Source: a virus (Duplodnaviria; Caudoviricetes). Taken from it: a stretch of DNA of 31,964 nucleotides. This document shows positions 8,644-18,556 of this stretch, piece after piece (positions within the stretch are counted from its first letter, which is position 1; every line of letters begins with the position of its first letter). Location: positions 1-31,964 of the IMG/VR virus record IMGVR_UViG_3300006893_000132; one strand, 5' to 3'. The notes below the pieces were generated by a model. It saw only the letters and a list, made by a program, of their open reading frames with translations, was not told the origin of the DNA and did not search any database. The position numbers and the translations under genes were made by a program.

Positions 8644-9701
8644 GTGCCGTTCAATGCGGCCGAGGCATGCATGTTATTCACGACGATCGTCGCCAAACAG
8701 GCGGCGGGCGTCACGAGGCCGACCATTGGAAGCCCGGCGCTATTCGATCCATTCGCAAGCGACACAAAAACCGTGTCGGCCGCCGCGATGGCCGAGTTCG
8801 TGAGGGTCAAGGTGTAAGCCGCCCCAGGGGGCGTTGTAAGCGATTCAGTCGTGATCTTGCCGGAGGCCTTGTTAAGAGTCGCGGCGCCAGCTGCAGCGGT
8901 CGCCGTCTTGGTTCCGGTGTCGAGCTGGAATGTCGCGGTTGTTGTCTTTCCGGAGGTTACGATAGGGCCGAGGGTCTGTATGATCGCGGTTGCATCGTTG
9001 ACATATATTGTCCATTTTGCCGCAGTTATTGACGGGTTGTTGGCGAAATAATAGCCATATACCGCCGTCGTGATGGTCTGCGACGATAACGTGCCGAACT
9101 GATACCCTATATAAATAGGAATCGTTCCTAAATTATTTTCTACATTTACCCCGTAACCAATCGCCGCTGAAATCGTTCCATTGTTACTTGCGAGATCGGA
9201 ATACACACCGTACCACGTACTAAGCGTACCAAAATTAGAATCGAGATTAGCGTCTAGACTGATCGCGGTTGTAATTGCCGAGGTCGCGGTCGAATTATCT
9301 ATCTTTCCTTCTGTCCCAATGGCAAGCCCGATGGGAGTCGTCGTATTATTGTTTGTGACGCGGCCGAGCGCTCCGATCACATGTCCGGTGCCGGTGATCG
9401 CGGGGGCGCCATCCGGGTAGATAATCTGTCCATACACGGCGGGGTAAACCGCCGCCGCAGGCGGTTGCGGGTTTACCGTGGCCGCCACATGCAAGATATC
9501 CGCGATCCCGCTTGTGGCCGTAACAGTGGGCGAGCTGAGAGGAGGCAGCACTGGCAGGGCCGTCCACCCGTTCGCCTGCAAGACCGCCGCGTCGAAGTCC
9601 GGCACCGGGATTTGACTACCTAGCGGCGAGGAATAGGTGCGGCCATCGACTGTAATGCTGTTATTGCCGAACAGCGGCGGGATCATTTGCATGGTTGCCA
9701 T
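8604..9701 (-). CDS. Phage tail fibre/spike-like protein, C-terminus lost at a deletion junction near 8643
   Basis: Starts MATMQMIPP at 9701 with AAGGA RBS. Central Y/G-rich beta repeats; C-terminal TATAAAGAATLNKASGKITTESLTT module. Confidence 0.55.
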   Translation of the reverse strand: MATMQMIPPLFGNNSITVDGRTYSSPLGSQIPVPDFDAAVLQANGWTALPVLPPLSSPTVTATSGIADILHVAATVNPQPPAAAVYPAVYGQIIYPDGAPAITGTGHVIGALGRVTNNNTTTPIGLAIGTEGKIDNSTATSAITTAISLDANLDSNFGTLSTWYGVYSDLASNNGTISAAIGYGVNVENNLGTIPIYIGYQFGTLSSQTITTAVYGYYFANNPSITAAKWTIYVNDATAIIQTLGPIVTSGKTTTATFQLDTGTKTATAAAGAATLNKASGKITTESLTTPPGAAYTLTLTNSAIAAADTVFVSLANGSNSAGLPMVGLVTPAACLATIVVNNMHASAALNGTLDLCPLSRRCWQ

Positions 9702-9759
9702 TCGATGTGTCCTTGGAAAAATCCGCCACGCAGAAGATGGGCTTGAGCTCGTGCCGGTC

Positions 9760-10299
9760 TTAGGAGGCAGGCGGGTTAAGCAAAATATAGTTGAGCTGGA
9801 TGCGCACGGCCCCGGCGGTGAAGTTCCCGCCAACGGCAGTCAAGGTCACCGTGACGCTCGCATATTGGCCGTTCCGCGCGCCGAGGATGCCGCTATTCGT
9901 TGTCCCGGCCGTCAGCCCGAGCGTATCCCCGAATTCATTGGCCGTGCCGCCTGTCCGGTCGATTTTGAAACTGGTCGCGGTGCCCGTTATCGCAGTCGTC
10001 ACGCGCATCGAGACGCCGAGAACCAGACACGGATTCGGGAAGGTGATCGTCGAGACCTTCGTCGCGCCGGATAGCCCCGTCAGAAGCTCTTCCTGGCAGC
10101 CAAAGGCGATGCTTCCCCCGTGCGGAACATTTGTCGCGTCCCTGGCGAACGCAGTCGCGGCTCTAAACCCGCCGTTGGTCGCGCCGTCCTGCACGAACAA
10201 CTCATGCGTGTCGGTGCTGATAAAGACCTCGCCCGCCGCGCCATGGTTGGCGAGGACGTTGGCGAGAGTGTCGCGCCGAAGTTGAACCTGAACCGACAC
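9760..10299 (-). CDS. Short tail fibre/receptor-binding protein: Mtd_N (major tropism determinant N-terminal)-like domain plus DUF2793-type C-terminal head
   Basis: N-terminus VQVQLRRDT...GEVFISTDTHELFVQDG..GG; C-terminus VLGVSMRVTTAITG...FG..LGL..GTTNSG...LTAVGGNFTAGAVRIQLNY..LNPP. Confidence 0.7.
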   Translation of the reverse strand: MSVQVQLRRDTLANVLANHGAAGEVFISTDTHELFVQDGATNGGFRAATAFARDATNVPHGGSIAFGCQEELLTGLSGATKVSTITFPNPCLVLGVSMRVTTAITGTATSFKIDRTGGTANEFGDTLGLTAGTTNSGILGARNGQYASVTVTLTAVGGNFTAGAVRIQLNYILLNPPAS

Positions 10300-10474
10300 A
10301 GGCTATTTCCTTTCTTTGGGCTTTTATGATATGGCTCGTGCATGAGCGGTGGCATGGAGCGCGGCGATGCGCATCGCCCGGGGCCATGCGGCAAGACCGA
10401 TAGCCTTGAAGAAAATTCGGAGTCCCATCACTTCAACAGCCGGGGTAGCGTCCGGCCCGCTCATATCTTAACCC

Positions 10475-13353
10475 CTACGGAATGCCCTGCCCGAGATCGA
10501 TGGATGCGAGAAGCACGCCGTCGGTGACGATGCCCCATTGGTCGGTTTCCGTGACCGCATGGGTCACCAGGTCGAAATCGATGTTCTGCCCCAGCTTCAG
10601 TGTCTTCGAAACCGGTCCTAGCGGCGAGCCGACCCCGCTCGGCGTGTAGGCGTAGACCGCGCACTCCGACAAATCCTCGACCGAGCGGCCGAAGATGTTA
10701 AAACTCTGGAATTTCATGTAGAGCGGGATGCCGATGAACGCCGCCGGCAGCGGGTATTGGAAGATCGCGTTGTCGACGCGGGCGAACGCCGCGCCGTTGG
10801 CATGCGCGGCGGCCGCCGTGCCGTAGAAGGCGCGCACGATCCCCGTCAAGGAATAGGCATTCGGCGGCGGCGGCGCGAGGAGCGTCGCTCCTTGGTAGGC
10901 GATCAGTTCGTTGTCGACGAGGCAGAGCGTGATGCCGTTTTGCGCGTCCGCCGCCGTGCCGCTTAACAGCTGGCCGCCGCTTTCCTCGAGGTTTACCGAG
11001 AGCGTCGTATCGGTTGGCGACATGGACGTCGTCGTGACACCCCCTGGCGGGCCGGCGCCGAGACCTGTCCCACCTTGCCGTAGGTCGTGCCATCGGTCGA
11101 AATCCAGACGAAAGCGCCGCCCCAATTCGGGTCGGCGGTGCCGATCGCCCCTTCCGGCGTCGCGATGCCGCTGGTGGCGAGAGTGGCGTTGGTCACCGTC
11201 AGGAACGCGGGAAGGAAGGAGGGGTCCTGCGCCGTTCCCGCCGCCGGATCGGACCACGAGAGCTGCTGCCCCCAAAGGTAAATTCCGTCGCCCGCGACCC
11301 CGAGATAAGAGATGGTCCCGACCGGGTTCTCGATCAGAACATAGACGGTTGGCGTTCCCGCCGCGGCCATCGGCGCGGTAATGGTGAGCTGATACCAGAA
11401 CGGGGCGACGGCGGTGACGGCCGCGATGCTGACGCTGGCAATGCCCGGATCAGGGGTTCCCGCCGTGCCAGCCGAAAGGTCGAAATCGCAGCCGATGTTG
11501 GCCACGCCGTTGAAGACGTTCAACCGGCAGGCGGTGCGTTGAACGGTCGCCTGAACATAGATCGAAAACGAAACGGACGCGCCGAGCGCCAGGGACGCGG
11601 TATAGGCCTGGCTCGTGAAGTGGCGGGCGGAGACGGCGGTCTCCATCAGGCTATAGACCGGGGCGAGGCCGCCGGACACGGCCGCGAAGACATTCGCGAT
11701 GTTGTTGGTCAGCGCGGCCGGCGGCTCGAAGATCACCGGCGGATTGACCCGCGAGGGCACGGCCGCCTGGTTCGTCGAATTGGGATTCTTCGTCTGAATA
11801 GGATATTGGACGGCGGTCGCCGTCCCCGCTGGAAATTCCTCAGCCGTCGCGGCGAGGACGCCGGCGTCGTCTTCCTCGACCGCCGTGATCCGGACCGCCA
11901 CATTGTTCAAGCAGAGGCCCGTATCCGTGACGGTCACGAGGTCCATCGGTTCGAGCAGGCAATATTCGAACGAAAGCTTGAAATGGTAGGTGTTGCGGAT
12001 ATAGAGGCCGCGCTGAAGGATCAATTGCGCGGCTTTTTGGGCGATATAGGGGTCGCAAAATTCCGATGCGGAGACCTCGGGCGCGACGCGAAGCCCGTAC
12101 AGTTCGATCGCATTCTGGTCCCACACATCGACCGGCATCGCGTTGTAGTTGTCCCACCGCTGCGCGGCGTTCAACCTCTGCCAATTGAAGGACGCGTAGG
12201 GGTCGGAGCGCTCGACCTCCAGCGGGTCCTTGCCGTCCTCGTGAACGAAATCGTCGTCGGCAAGGTTATAGAGCGGCGCGACATTTGGAACGAACGTCCT
12301 GCCGCCTCCGGTAAGGGACGAGTCGCCGTAGGGAATAAATTTCAGCTTGCCGCCGGACCAGACCGCCGCCGTGTTGGTGAGCTGGAGCCAGCGGGCGAGA
12401 ATCGAATTCGCCGCCTCCTGGTTGATCAGCGCCGGGCTGAAGGCAAGCGATAAGGCCCGGCAATCATTCTGGTAGGACGAATCCCAAACCGTCGCGGTGT
12501 GGACGCCCGATTGCGATCCGGACGTGGCGATCGCCGCGCCGCCGGGAATAGCGGAAACCTCGAACGTGTTGGCGGCGGCGGCGAGGACATAATAGACGGC
12601 GGCGACCGTCAATCCCGTGGGAAGCGTCCCGGTCGTCGAAAAGACGACCGCCTGGTTGTTCGATAGCGCATTGGCCGTCCACGTCACGACGCCGGGCGAG
12701 GCAATGGAAATCGTCACGGTCGAGGAACGGGACTGGGACAGCAGCGTCGTGGCGTCGATGCTCGCCGCCGGGAAGCCGACGCCATATTGCGAATTGGTGA
12801 GGAAATCCTGGACCACCAGCGCCGGGTCGGCGTCGAATCCGTTGAGCAGTGCGGAATTGTTGAGCGGGCCGAAGACCTCGCATGAGAACTGCGGCAGGAC
12901 CGGAGAAGAGCCAAGATCGTAATTGTTCGCCGCGATATAGGCGAGACCATTGTAGCCGAGCGATTGCTGGCCGTATTTCGCGAGATACGGCCACGGCGGC
13001 TGGCTTGGCTCGCCATAGCGCGCAAAGGTGATTCCGGTGCCCCAGAAATCGCCGTAGATGCTTTGCCCGACCCAGATCCGGCCGAATCCGGCGACCGGCC
13101 CCTCGCACACGCCCATCGCGAAGTCGGAAAAATATTCGTAGCCGGTCACTTGCTGACCGCCGCCGCCCTTGCCGCCGGACTTTTGCGTTTGTGGCGTCGA
13201 ATAAAATCCTCCCGTCCATATGACGTTCGGCGAAACCTTTGTCGTGCCCCAGAGCAGGGTGATCGGAACCGCGTTGCTCGAGGTCTGGATTTGCAGCCCG
13301 GTGTATTGCGGCACCGCGCTCGGGCTGTTGCTTTTCGACCGGAGAAAGCCCAT
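10475..13353 (-). CDS. Tail tip/host-specificity protein (Phage-tail_3, gpJ-like); one frameshift near 11037
   Basis: YTGLQIQTS..PITLLWG, GGKGG, MGVCEGPV, DADPA, LLEPMDLV motifs. Frames join as ...ARQGV / TTTSMSPTDTTLSVNL...LYMKFQSFNIFG. Confidence 0.85.
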
Positions 13354-13806
13354 TCAAGCAGCCGCCCAATAAGAGAAAAATCTTGGCCGCCGCGCGGGCG
13401 CCGAAAGCAGGATATTGCTGCTGACATCTTCCTCGAGCACGAACCCGGCCGGTTGAAAGGCATGCACGATGGTCAGCGGGCTCGCGTTCGTCACGATGCC
13501 CCCATGCGCGTAGCAGCGGCCGTAGCGGAACACCATCACGTCGCCGGGGAGCGGGGATTCCACTTCTTTCGTCCGGTCGAAGATGAACCCGAGATAGCGC
13601 TCCTCGCTCCGGTGCAGATACCAATCGTCGGCGTAGGGGCGCGGATCGAACGGGTCACAGAGCCCGGTATCGACAAAAACGCGAACGAGCAGCATCCCGC
13701 AATCGACGCCGGCGCCCTTGACGTCGCCTTGCGGGTGATAGGGGGTCCCGCTCCAAGAGCGCGCTTCCCACACGACATGGCGGCGCTGGTTATCCTCAAG
13801 GCTCAT
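13354..13806 (-). CDS. Phage tail NlpC/P60 cell-wall peptidase (RcGTA g14-like)
   Basis: EARSWSGTPYH..GVDCGMLL...PGDV..F...HGGI...HA; likely start MSLED at 13806. Confidence 0.9.
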   Translation of the reverse strand: MSLEDNQRRHVVWEARSWSGTPYHPQGDVKGAGVDCGMLLVRVFVDTGLCDPFDPRPYADDWYLHRSEERYLGFIFDRTKEVESPLPGDVMVFRYGRCYAHGGIVTNASPLTIVHAFQPAGFVLEEDVSSNILLSAPARRPRFFSYWAAA

Positions 13807-13987
13807 GGCGTTTCGGGGCAAGCGCCGCCGGACGCTCTACACATTTTGGCGCTAAGTCCGCTGGCAGCTCGCGAGAAAATGTCTCGACGATGATTTTATC
13901 TTGTTCGCAACGCGCCATCTCTGGATATGGCCCTGCCACTAGAAGCGAATTGTGAATAGAAAAAAACAACAAGAACCATACCGTCAT
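13796..13987 (-). CDS. Small hypothetical protein with hydrophobic N-terminus and a Cys pair
   Basis: 63 aa, MTVWFLLFFSIHNSLLVAGPYPEMARCEQ...PKCVE; co-oriented and overlapping the NlpC/P60 start. Confidence 0.4.
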   Translation of the reverse strand: MTVWFLLFFSIHNSLLVAGPYPEMARCEQDKIIVETFSRELPADLAPKCVERPAALAPKRHEP

Positions 13988-14157
13988 GACTTTCCCTTAC
14001 TCTTGGACACGACACCGCCGTAACCCTCAAGGCATTGCGGCTCGGACGGCGGAGGGGTTTGCGGAACCGGTCGCCAGGATTCGCGGGCATGCCGCCTTCC
14101 AAGGTCTCGATCAGTATCGGGGAGGGGCCGAGATGTTGTTCCGCATAGACCGTGAGC

Positions 14158-14352
14158 TCATGCCGGGCCATCGTCTTTTTTCGGAAAGGAAGACGCAACC
14201 CCTCTTACTTCAAAATGCCAATCTGGCGGTTCTTCCCGCCTGCTCTGTTCCAGACTCCGCGCCAAAAGCTTGAAGTCGAACGGCTCCTTCGCGATTCGGG
14301 CTTCGACATTCCTGTCCGACGCCTTCGCCTGATCGAGATAATAGGCGAGCAT
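14158..14352 (-). CDS. Small phage hypothetical protein
   Basis: 64-aa co-oriented ORF; start uncertain. Confidence 0.3.
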   Translation of the reverse strand: MLAYYLDQAKASDRNVEARIAKEPFDFKLLARSLEQSRREEPPDWHFEVRGVASSFPKKDDGPA

Positions 14353-14379
14353 CCCGTCTTGAAAGTGGAGGCGTTGCCG

Positions 14380-14598
14380 TCATTTGATGACCCCCGCCAT
14401 GTGCGCGGCCATTGCCGCGAATACCAGACCGACAAACGGGACGCCAACGGCCATGATCACCGCTACCCGCCATTGAAGTTTTTCGATCTCTGCGTTGGCG
14501 TGCGCGATGTCCGCCGCCAGCCGCCCGGCCCGGTCCAAGAGACCGGCGCCAAGTCCGGCGATTTGCGAATCGAGGGCCGCGCCGGGCGAATCTTGCAT
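14380..14598 (-). CDS. Small coiled-coil plus C-terminal TM protein
   Basis: 72 aa; ..EIEKLQWRVAVIMAVGVPFVGLVFAAMAA. Confidence 0.5.
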   Translation of the reverse strand: MQDSPGAALDSQIAGLGAGLLDRAGRLAADIAHANAEIEKLQWRVAVIMAVGVPFVGLVFAAMAAHMAGVIK

Positions 14599-14616
14599 GC
14601 GAAAACCCTTTTCAAA

Positions 14617-15497
14617 TCATACCGCGAAGGTTGGGCTCGGGATATAGGGGAAGCCCCGAAAATTCGCGAGATTGTTGAACTTGAACGTGCATGTGTTTTG
14701 GCTGTGGTCGCACCCGAAATAAACGGTAAAGGCGTCGCCCGTGGCGGGAGCGTTCAAGAGCGCATAGGAAAGGTCAAGGACACACCGGCAATCGCGCCTT
14801 TGACGTTGACGCTCACGCCGGCGTTGACCCCCGACGAAAACGTGAGCGTCCCCTGGACGAAATTCGCGTTCGCGCCGGTCCAATTAATGACAAAACCCGT
14901 CGAGCCGGCTCCGACCGTCCCCGCCGTCCCGAACGCGCTCTTGATGAGCGTGCACCCGGAATCGTACAACACGTGCTTGCAGGCAGGCGAATAGACGTTC
15001 CGCGGCATTTGCAGATCGAGCAGGACTAGATCGGAATTGACGGTAATCTGCGCCGTCGTGCGGCCGACGTTATCGATCGCGCCAATCCGGCCTTTGAAGA
15101 GGATCACGCTTCCTATCGGGCTTGCGGTATCCGCCGGCGCCCAGGAATTCAAGAACGCCCGCTCGCGCTGAATCTCGCAGCCGTCGAACACGCCGTTTCG
15201 CAACGCTTGGAGAAAGGGGACGCCGCCAACCGTGTCCGTCGCTCTTGCGGATATGGTGATTTGCTGCTGATCGACTTCGAGGCCGGCGGCGCATTTGAAT
15301 TTAAGACCATCCACGAGAACCGAGTTGGCCGCGTAGACGTAGCCATTCAGCGTCACCGGCAGATCGGCGTTGGTGTAGGTCAGGATCAAGCCGGTGAGCA
15401 GAGTAAAAGTATAGCAGTCGGCCACGATTGCTTGTGCGTCGGGCTCGGCGCGGAGCGCGTTGATGTACGCGATGAGCGCGGGCGAGGCGGCGCGCAT
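14617..15497 (-). CDS. Baseplate hub, DUF2163/BR0599 family (RcGTA g13-like); frameshift near 14770
   Basis: GLEVDQQQ, G.FDG, CKHVLYDSGC and GCDH...C..KFNNLANFRGFPYIP (Fe-S Cys motif); one base missing in a short C/T run. Confidence 0.9.
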
Positions 15498-15501
15498 GCC
15501 C

Positions 15502-15801
15502 TCAGAGCGCCCCAGGATCTTCGGCGTGCTCGGACTCGACGACGAACCAATCCTCGGCGAGCACGTCCGCGTGCGCCGCGACCCACGGGAGAACGTCGCC
15601 GGCCACCGTCACCATGTCGATGTGAGGAAGGTAGTTGAACCTGGTTCCGACATTCCGCGCGAACGCCAAGGGTCTTCCGGACTCGACGGTAGGCCCTTGC
15701 GTTCCGGGAACGAGAATGATTGCCGCGTCGCCATTTCTCCAGCCCGCGCGGGAAACCCGATCACCAACTTTCAAAGCTTCGATCGCTTCACCAATTGTCA
15801 T
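15502..15801 (-). CDS. DUF2829 family protein, Tad2-like (Thoeris anti-defence 2) nucleotide-signal sponge candidate
   Basis: Family pattern M..GEAIEALK.G.RV.R.GW.NG...IDM....G...PW......D.LAEDW.VV. Confidence 0.8.
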   Translation of the reverse strand: MTIGEAIEALKVGDRVSRAGWRNGDAAIILVPGTQGPTVESGRPLAFARNVGTRFNYLPHIDMVTVAGDVLPWVAAHADVLAEDWFVVESEHAEDPGAL

Positions 15802-15824
15802 AGGATTCTCATTTGATTAGCGGT

Positions 15825-18540
15825 CTATGGCTTGACACTGCGGAACTTCAAACTCTGCAGCTGCCATAAACCGTTCATGATGTTCTCGAAATCCGCTTGA
15901 TCGTCGAGGAACCGGCAGTTGAAGGCGTAGGAAAAGCTCGCCGTGATCGCGACCAAGTTACCGGGCGCCGTCGTGAACGTGAGCGTATTCGGTGGCGTGA
16001 GAGTCCAGCCGGACGGTTGATTCACGCCGTTCAGGTAGACGTTCGCGATTGACGTGACCCACGACGCCGGCTCCGTCGCGCCGCCGAGCGTGCGAACGAA
16101 GGTGAAGGCCTTCGTGCTCCCATCCCCTGTCGCGATCGCCTGCCCGGTCACGACATTGTCCGTGGGATCGGTATAGAGGAATGTCCCTGATTGGCCTTGA
16201 CATTGGATGTAGAGACCCATGAGCGATTGCAGGGAGTTCACCCCGAGGCCAGGGTAGGCGCCGCTCGAAATCCATGCCCTCGATCGTCAGCTCGAACTCA
16301 TACAGCGTGACTGCGTAGAACGGCGATCGCACTTCGCGGCCCGACACATGCGAAGCCACGCGTGTTGAAAACGATGGCCGCTTGTGGACGCTCCAGGAAA
16401 GCCCAGGAAGAGCGGGAAAATTAAATGGCATCTGAACTCCACTTGGCGCGTCCGGCACCGGCGGCGTTAGAAACGGCCCCTTGCCGTTCAGCCAATTTCC
16501 CGCCGCCCAGTTCCCCGCATCGCCCCAAACTCCGGAAAGCTTCGGGAAGGTCGGGAACGGCCGCGCGTCCCAGTTCCATACCGAGCAAAACGCCGGCTCG
16601 ATCATTTTTATGCCGGCGGAGGACACCGTATTGTGGCCCTCCTTGAACCAGTATTCGTAGATCGCCTGCAGCGCCAAGAGCTGAAGGTTTTGATCCGGCC
16701 TCGGCAGGAAGCCACTGCCATCGGCATTGCGCCACGTCGACCAGAATGGCGTGAAGCTTTCCGTCGATCCGGGGCTAAAGAACACGTTCGGCTGATTCGT
16801 ACCTCTGTCGCATGCCGGGAACCCGTACTCGGTGAACACGATCGGCTTCGACTGCGCGATCCATTCCGTCGCCGGTCCTTTCGGCGCGTCGCCATGGCCG
16901 TCGCCGTCGTCGTAAAGCGCCTGATGGGCGTTGTTCCACCACCATCGGATCTGCTTGTTGCCAAGGATTTGTTGATTCGCGAAAAATTGGTGCCGCAATT
17001 GCGTCAGGCGGTCGCCTTCCGGCAGCGAGACCTGCAAATCGGAGCCGAGGGGATCGTTGCCGCGCCCGAGATTGGTGGAATCGAAATAGAACCAGTTGAA
17101 TTTTTCGCCGGCCTCGATATTCGCCTTGAGATAGGCCTTCGAGTAAAGCGTTGGCGTTCCGGTCAGCCCAAGATTGCTCATCGTCGCCGGCGGCGGCGGC
17201 CATGCCGGGGCGGCGGTCACGATCCCGTAATCCGTCGCCGCCGTCACGACGCCGTCCGACGCGAGGCCGTAATCGACCATCGAGAGAGCGGATTGGGCCA
17301 CGAGGCCATAATCGAGAAATGTATCGGTCGCCGCCGGCGCGCTCCAATTCGCAATATCGAGGTTATCGCTTAGCCCGACGCTTGGCTTGATCTCGCCGAA
17401 GCCCGTCGTCCAATCCGACAATGGCATGTAGTTATCGAAGCACACGAGATCGATGTTGGAATGCGCCCAGAGCTGATCGAGATGCGGCCATTGGCCGTCC
17501 GCGACTGGGAGTGCGGGGTTTGCGGCCGGATGCTGCCAGCCCATGAGATCCGACCAGTCGGCGGCGTAGGAAATCAGATTGTGGAGATTGACCGTATCCT
17601 TGGCGTATCCCGCCCCGTCGAACACGCTCCGGACATCGTCGGAAAGCGTGATCAATCCGGCGACGAAGGGGTAATCCCAAATTGCTTTGCCGCCTCCGTC
17701 CGTCGTGCCGGCAGCTGTCCATCCAGGACCGCGTATTGTTTCCAGGCCGCGAAACTCAGAACCAATAAGAAATAGATCGACTCCGCCAGCAACAATGCAC
17801 AAATTAGCGTAATGCAGCACCATACGCCGGTAAGTAAAATCAGTAGACGATCCCGCATAGGACACCGTGTTGTTCGTAACGTCTCGCGTGAATTGCGATG
17901 GGGCGGCGGAGCCGAGGAACGCGGCGGCCGCGCTCGCGGCGGCCAGCGATACGTCCGGCGAATAGGTGATGCGTCCACGCCAGGGCTTGCCCGGTGCGTC
18001 CATCAGAATGAACGGATAGAAGACGACGCGAAACCCACGCGCCTTCAAATCCGAGATGCACTCGACGATCGATTGATCGGACGGCGTCCCACCGTAAGTG
18101 AAGGATCCGCCAGTCGTCGAGATCGGAATGAGGCCTGCCGAGGTCTCATCGAGCGATGAGCAGCGCCAATGATCGACGGTATAGGACGAGCCATTCCAAT
18201 ATTCAAACGCATTCGGCATCGTTGGCCATGGCAGCCCCGTCGCAGGGTTGATGATTGAGCCGTTATTGACGTAGGTGGTCGCGGGATAAATCTGGCACGC
18301 GGCGGCGTCAGTCGAATTCCCAAACCAGGCGCAGACAACCGCGACAGTCGTGCACGCGGGGAACGCGTCTTGAAGCTGGTCGATCGAATAGGAATAATCG
18401 GTTTTCGGCGGCCCTCCGGCAAAATAGAAATTCACGCCGGTCAGGGCCGCTTCAGTGACGCGCTGGCCTAGGCGGGCCGTCGTGGCGTAGCTGAACTCGC
18501 CCGTCGCCGGCAGCAGATTCACGCCGTTGACAAAACCCAT
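15825..18540 (-). CDS. GTA TIM-barrel-like domain fused to DUF2460 distal tail protein (~904 aa after removing a 1-nt insertion near 16268)
   Basis: TIM motifs VNLLPATGEF, GGTPSD, FYPFILMD, PWRGRI, FLIGSE, SYAADWS, FTEYG..D.GTNQPNVF, WNWDARPFP. Then DUF2460 motifs FPALPGLSWSV.KRP.FST...SGREVR, IATGDGSTKAF, ITASFSY...CRF..D. Confidence 0.85.
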
Positions 18541-18556
18541 GCCAGATCCGGCGGCT

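Noticed and set aside
9760-10299. Diversity-generating retroelement suggested by the Mtd_N domain
   Set aside because: No reverse transcriptase, no C-type lectin variable region and no TR/VR pair with adenine-specific mismatches seen in the window.
11539-14994. Long antisense or alternate-frame ORFs (11539-12453, 12464-13624, 12964-13893, 14152-14994)
   Set aside because: Arg-rich shadow ORFs typical of high-GC DNA, overlapping well-supported tail genes.
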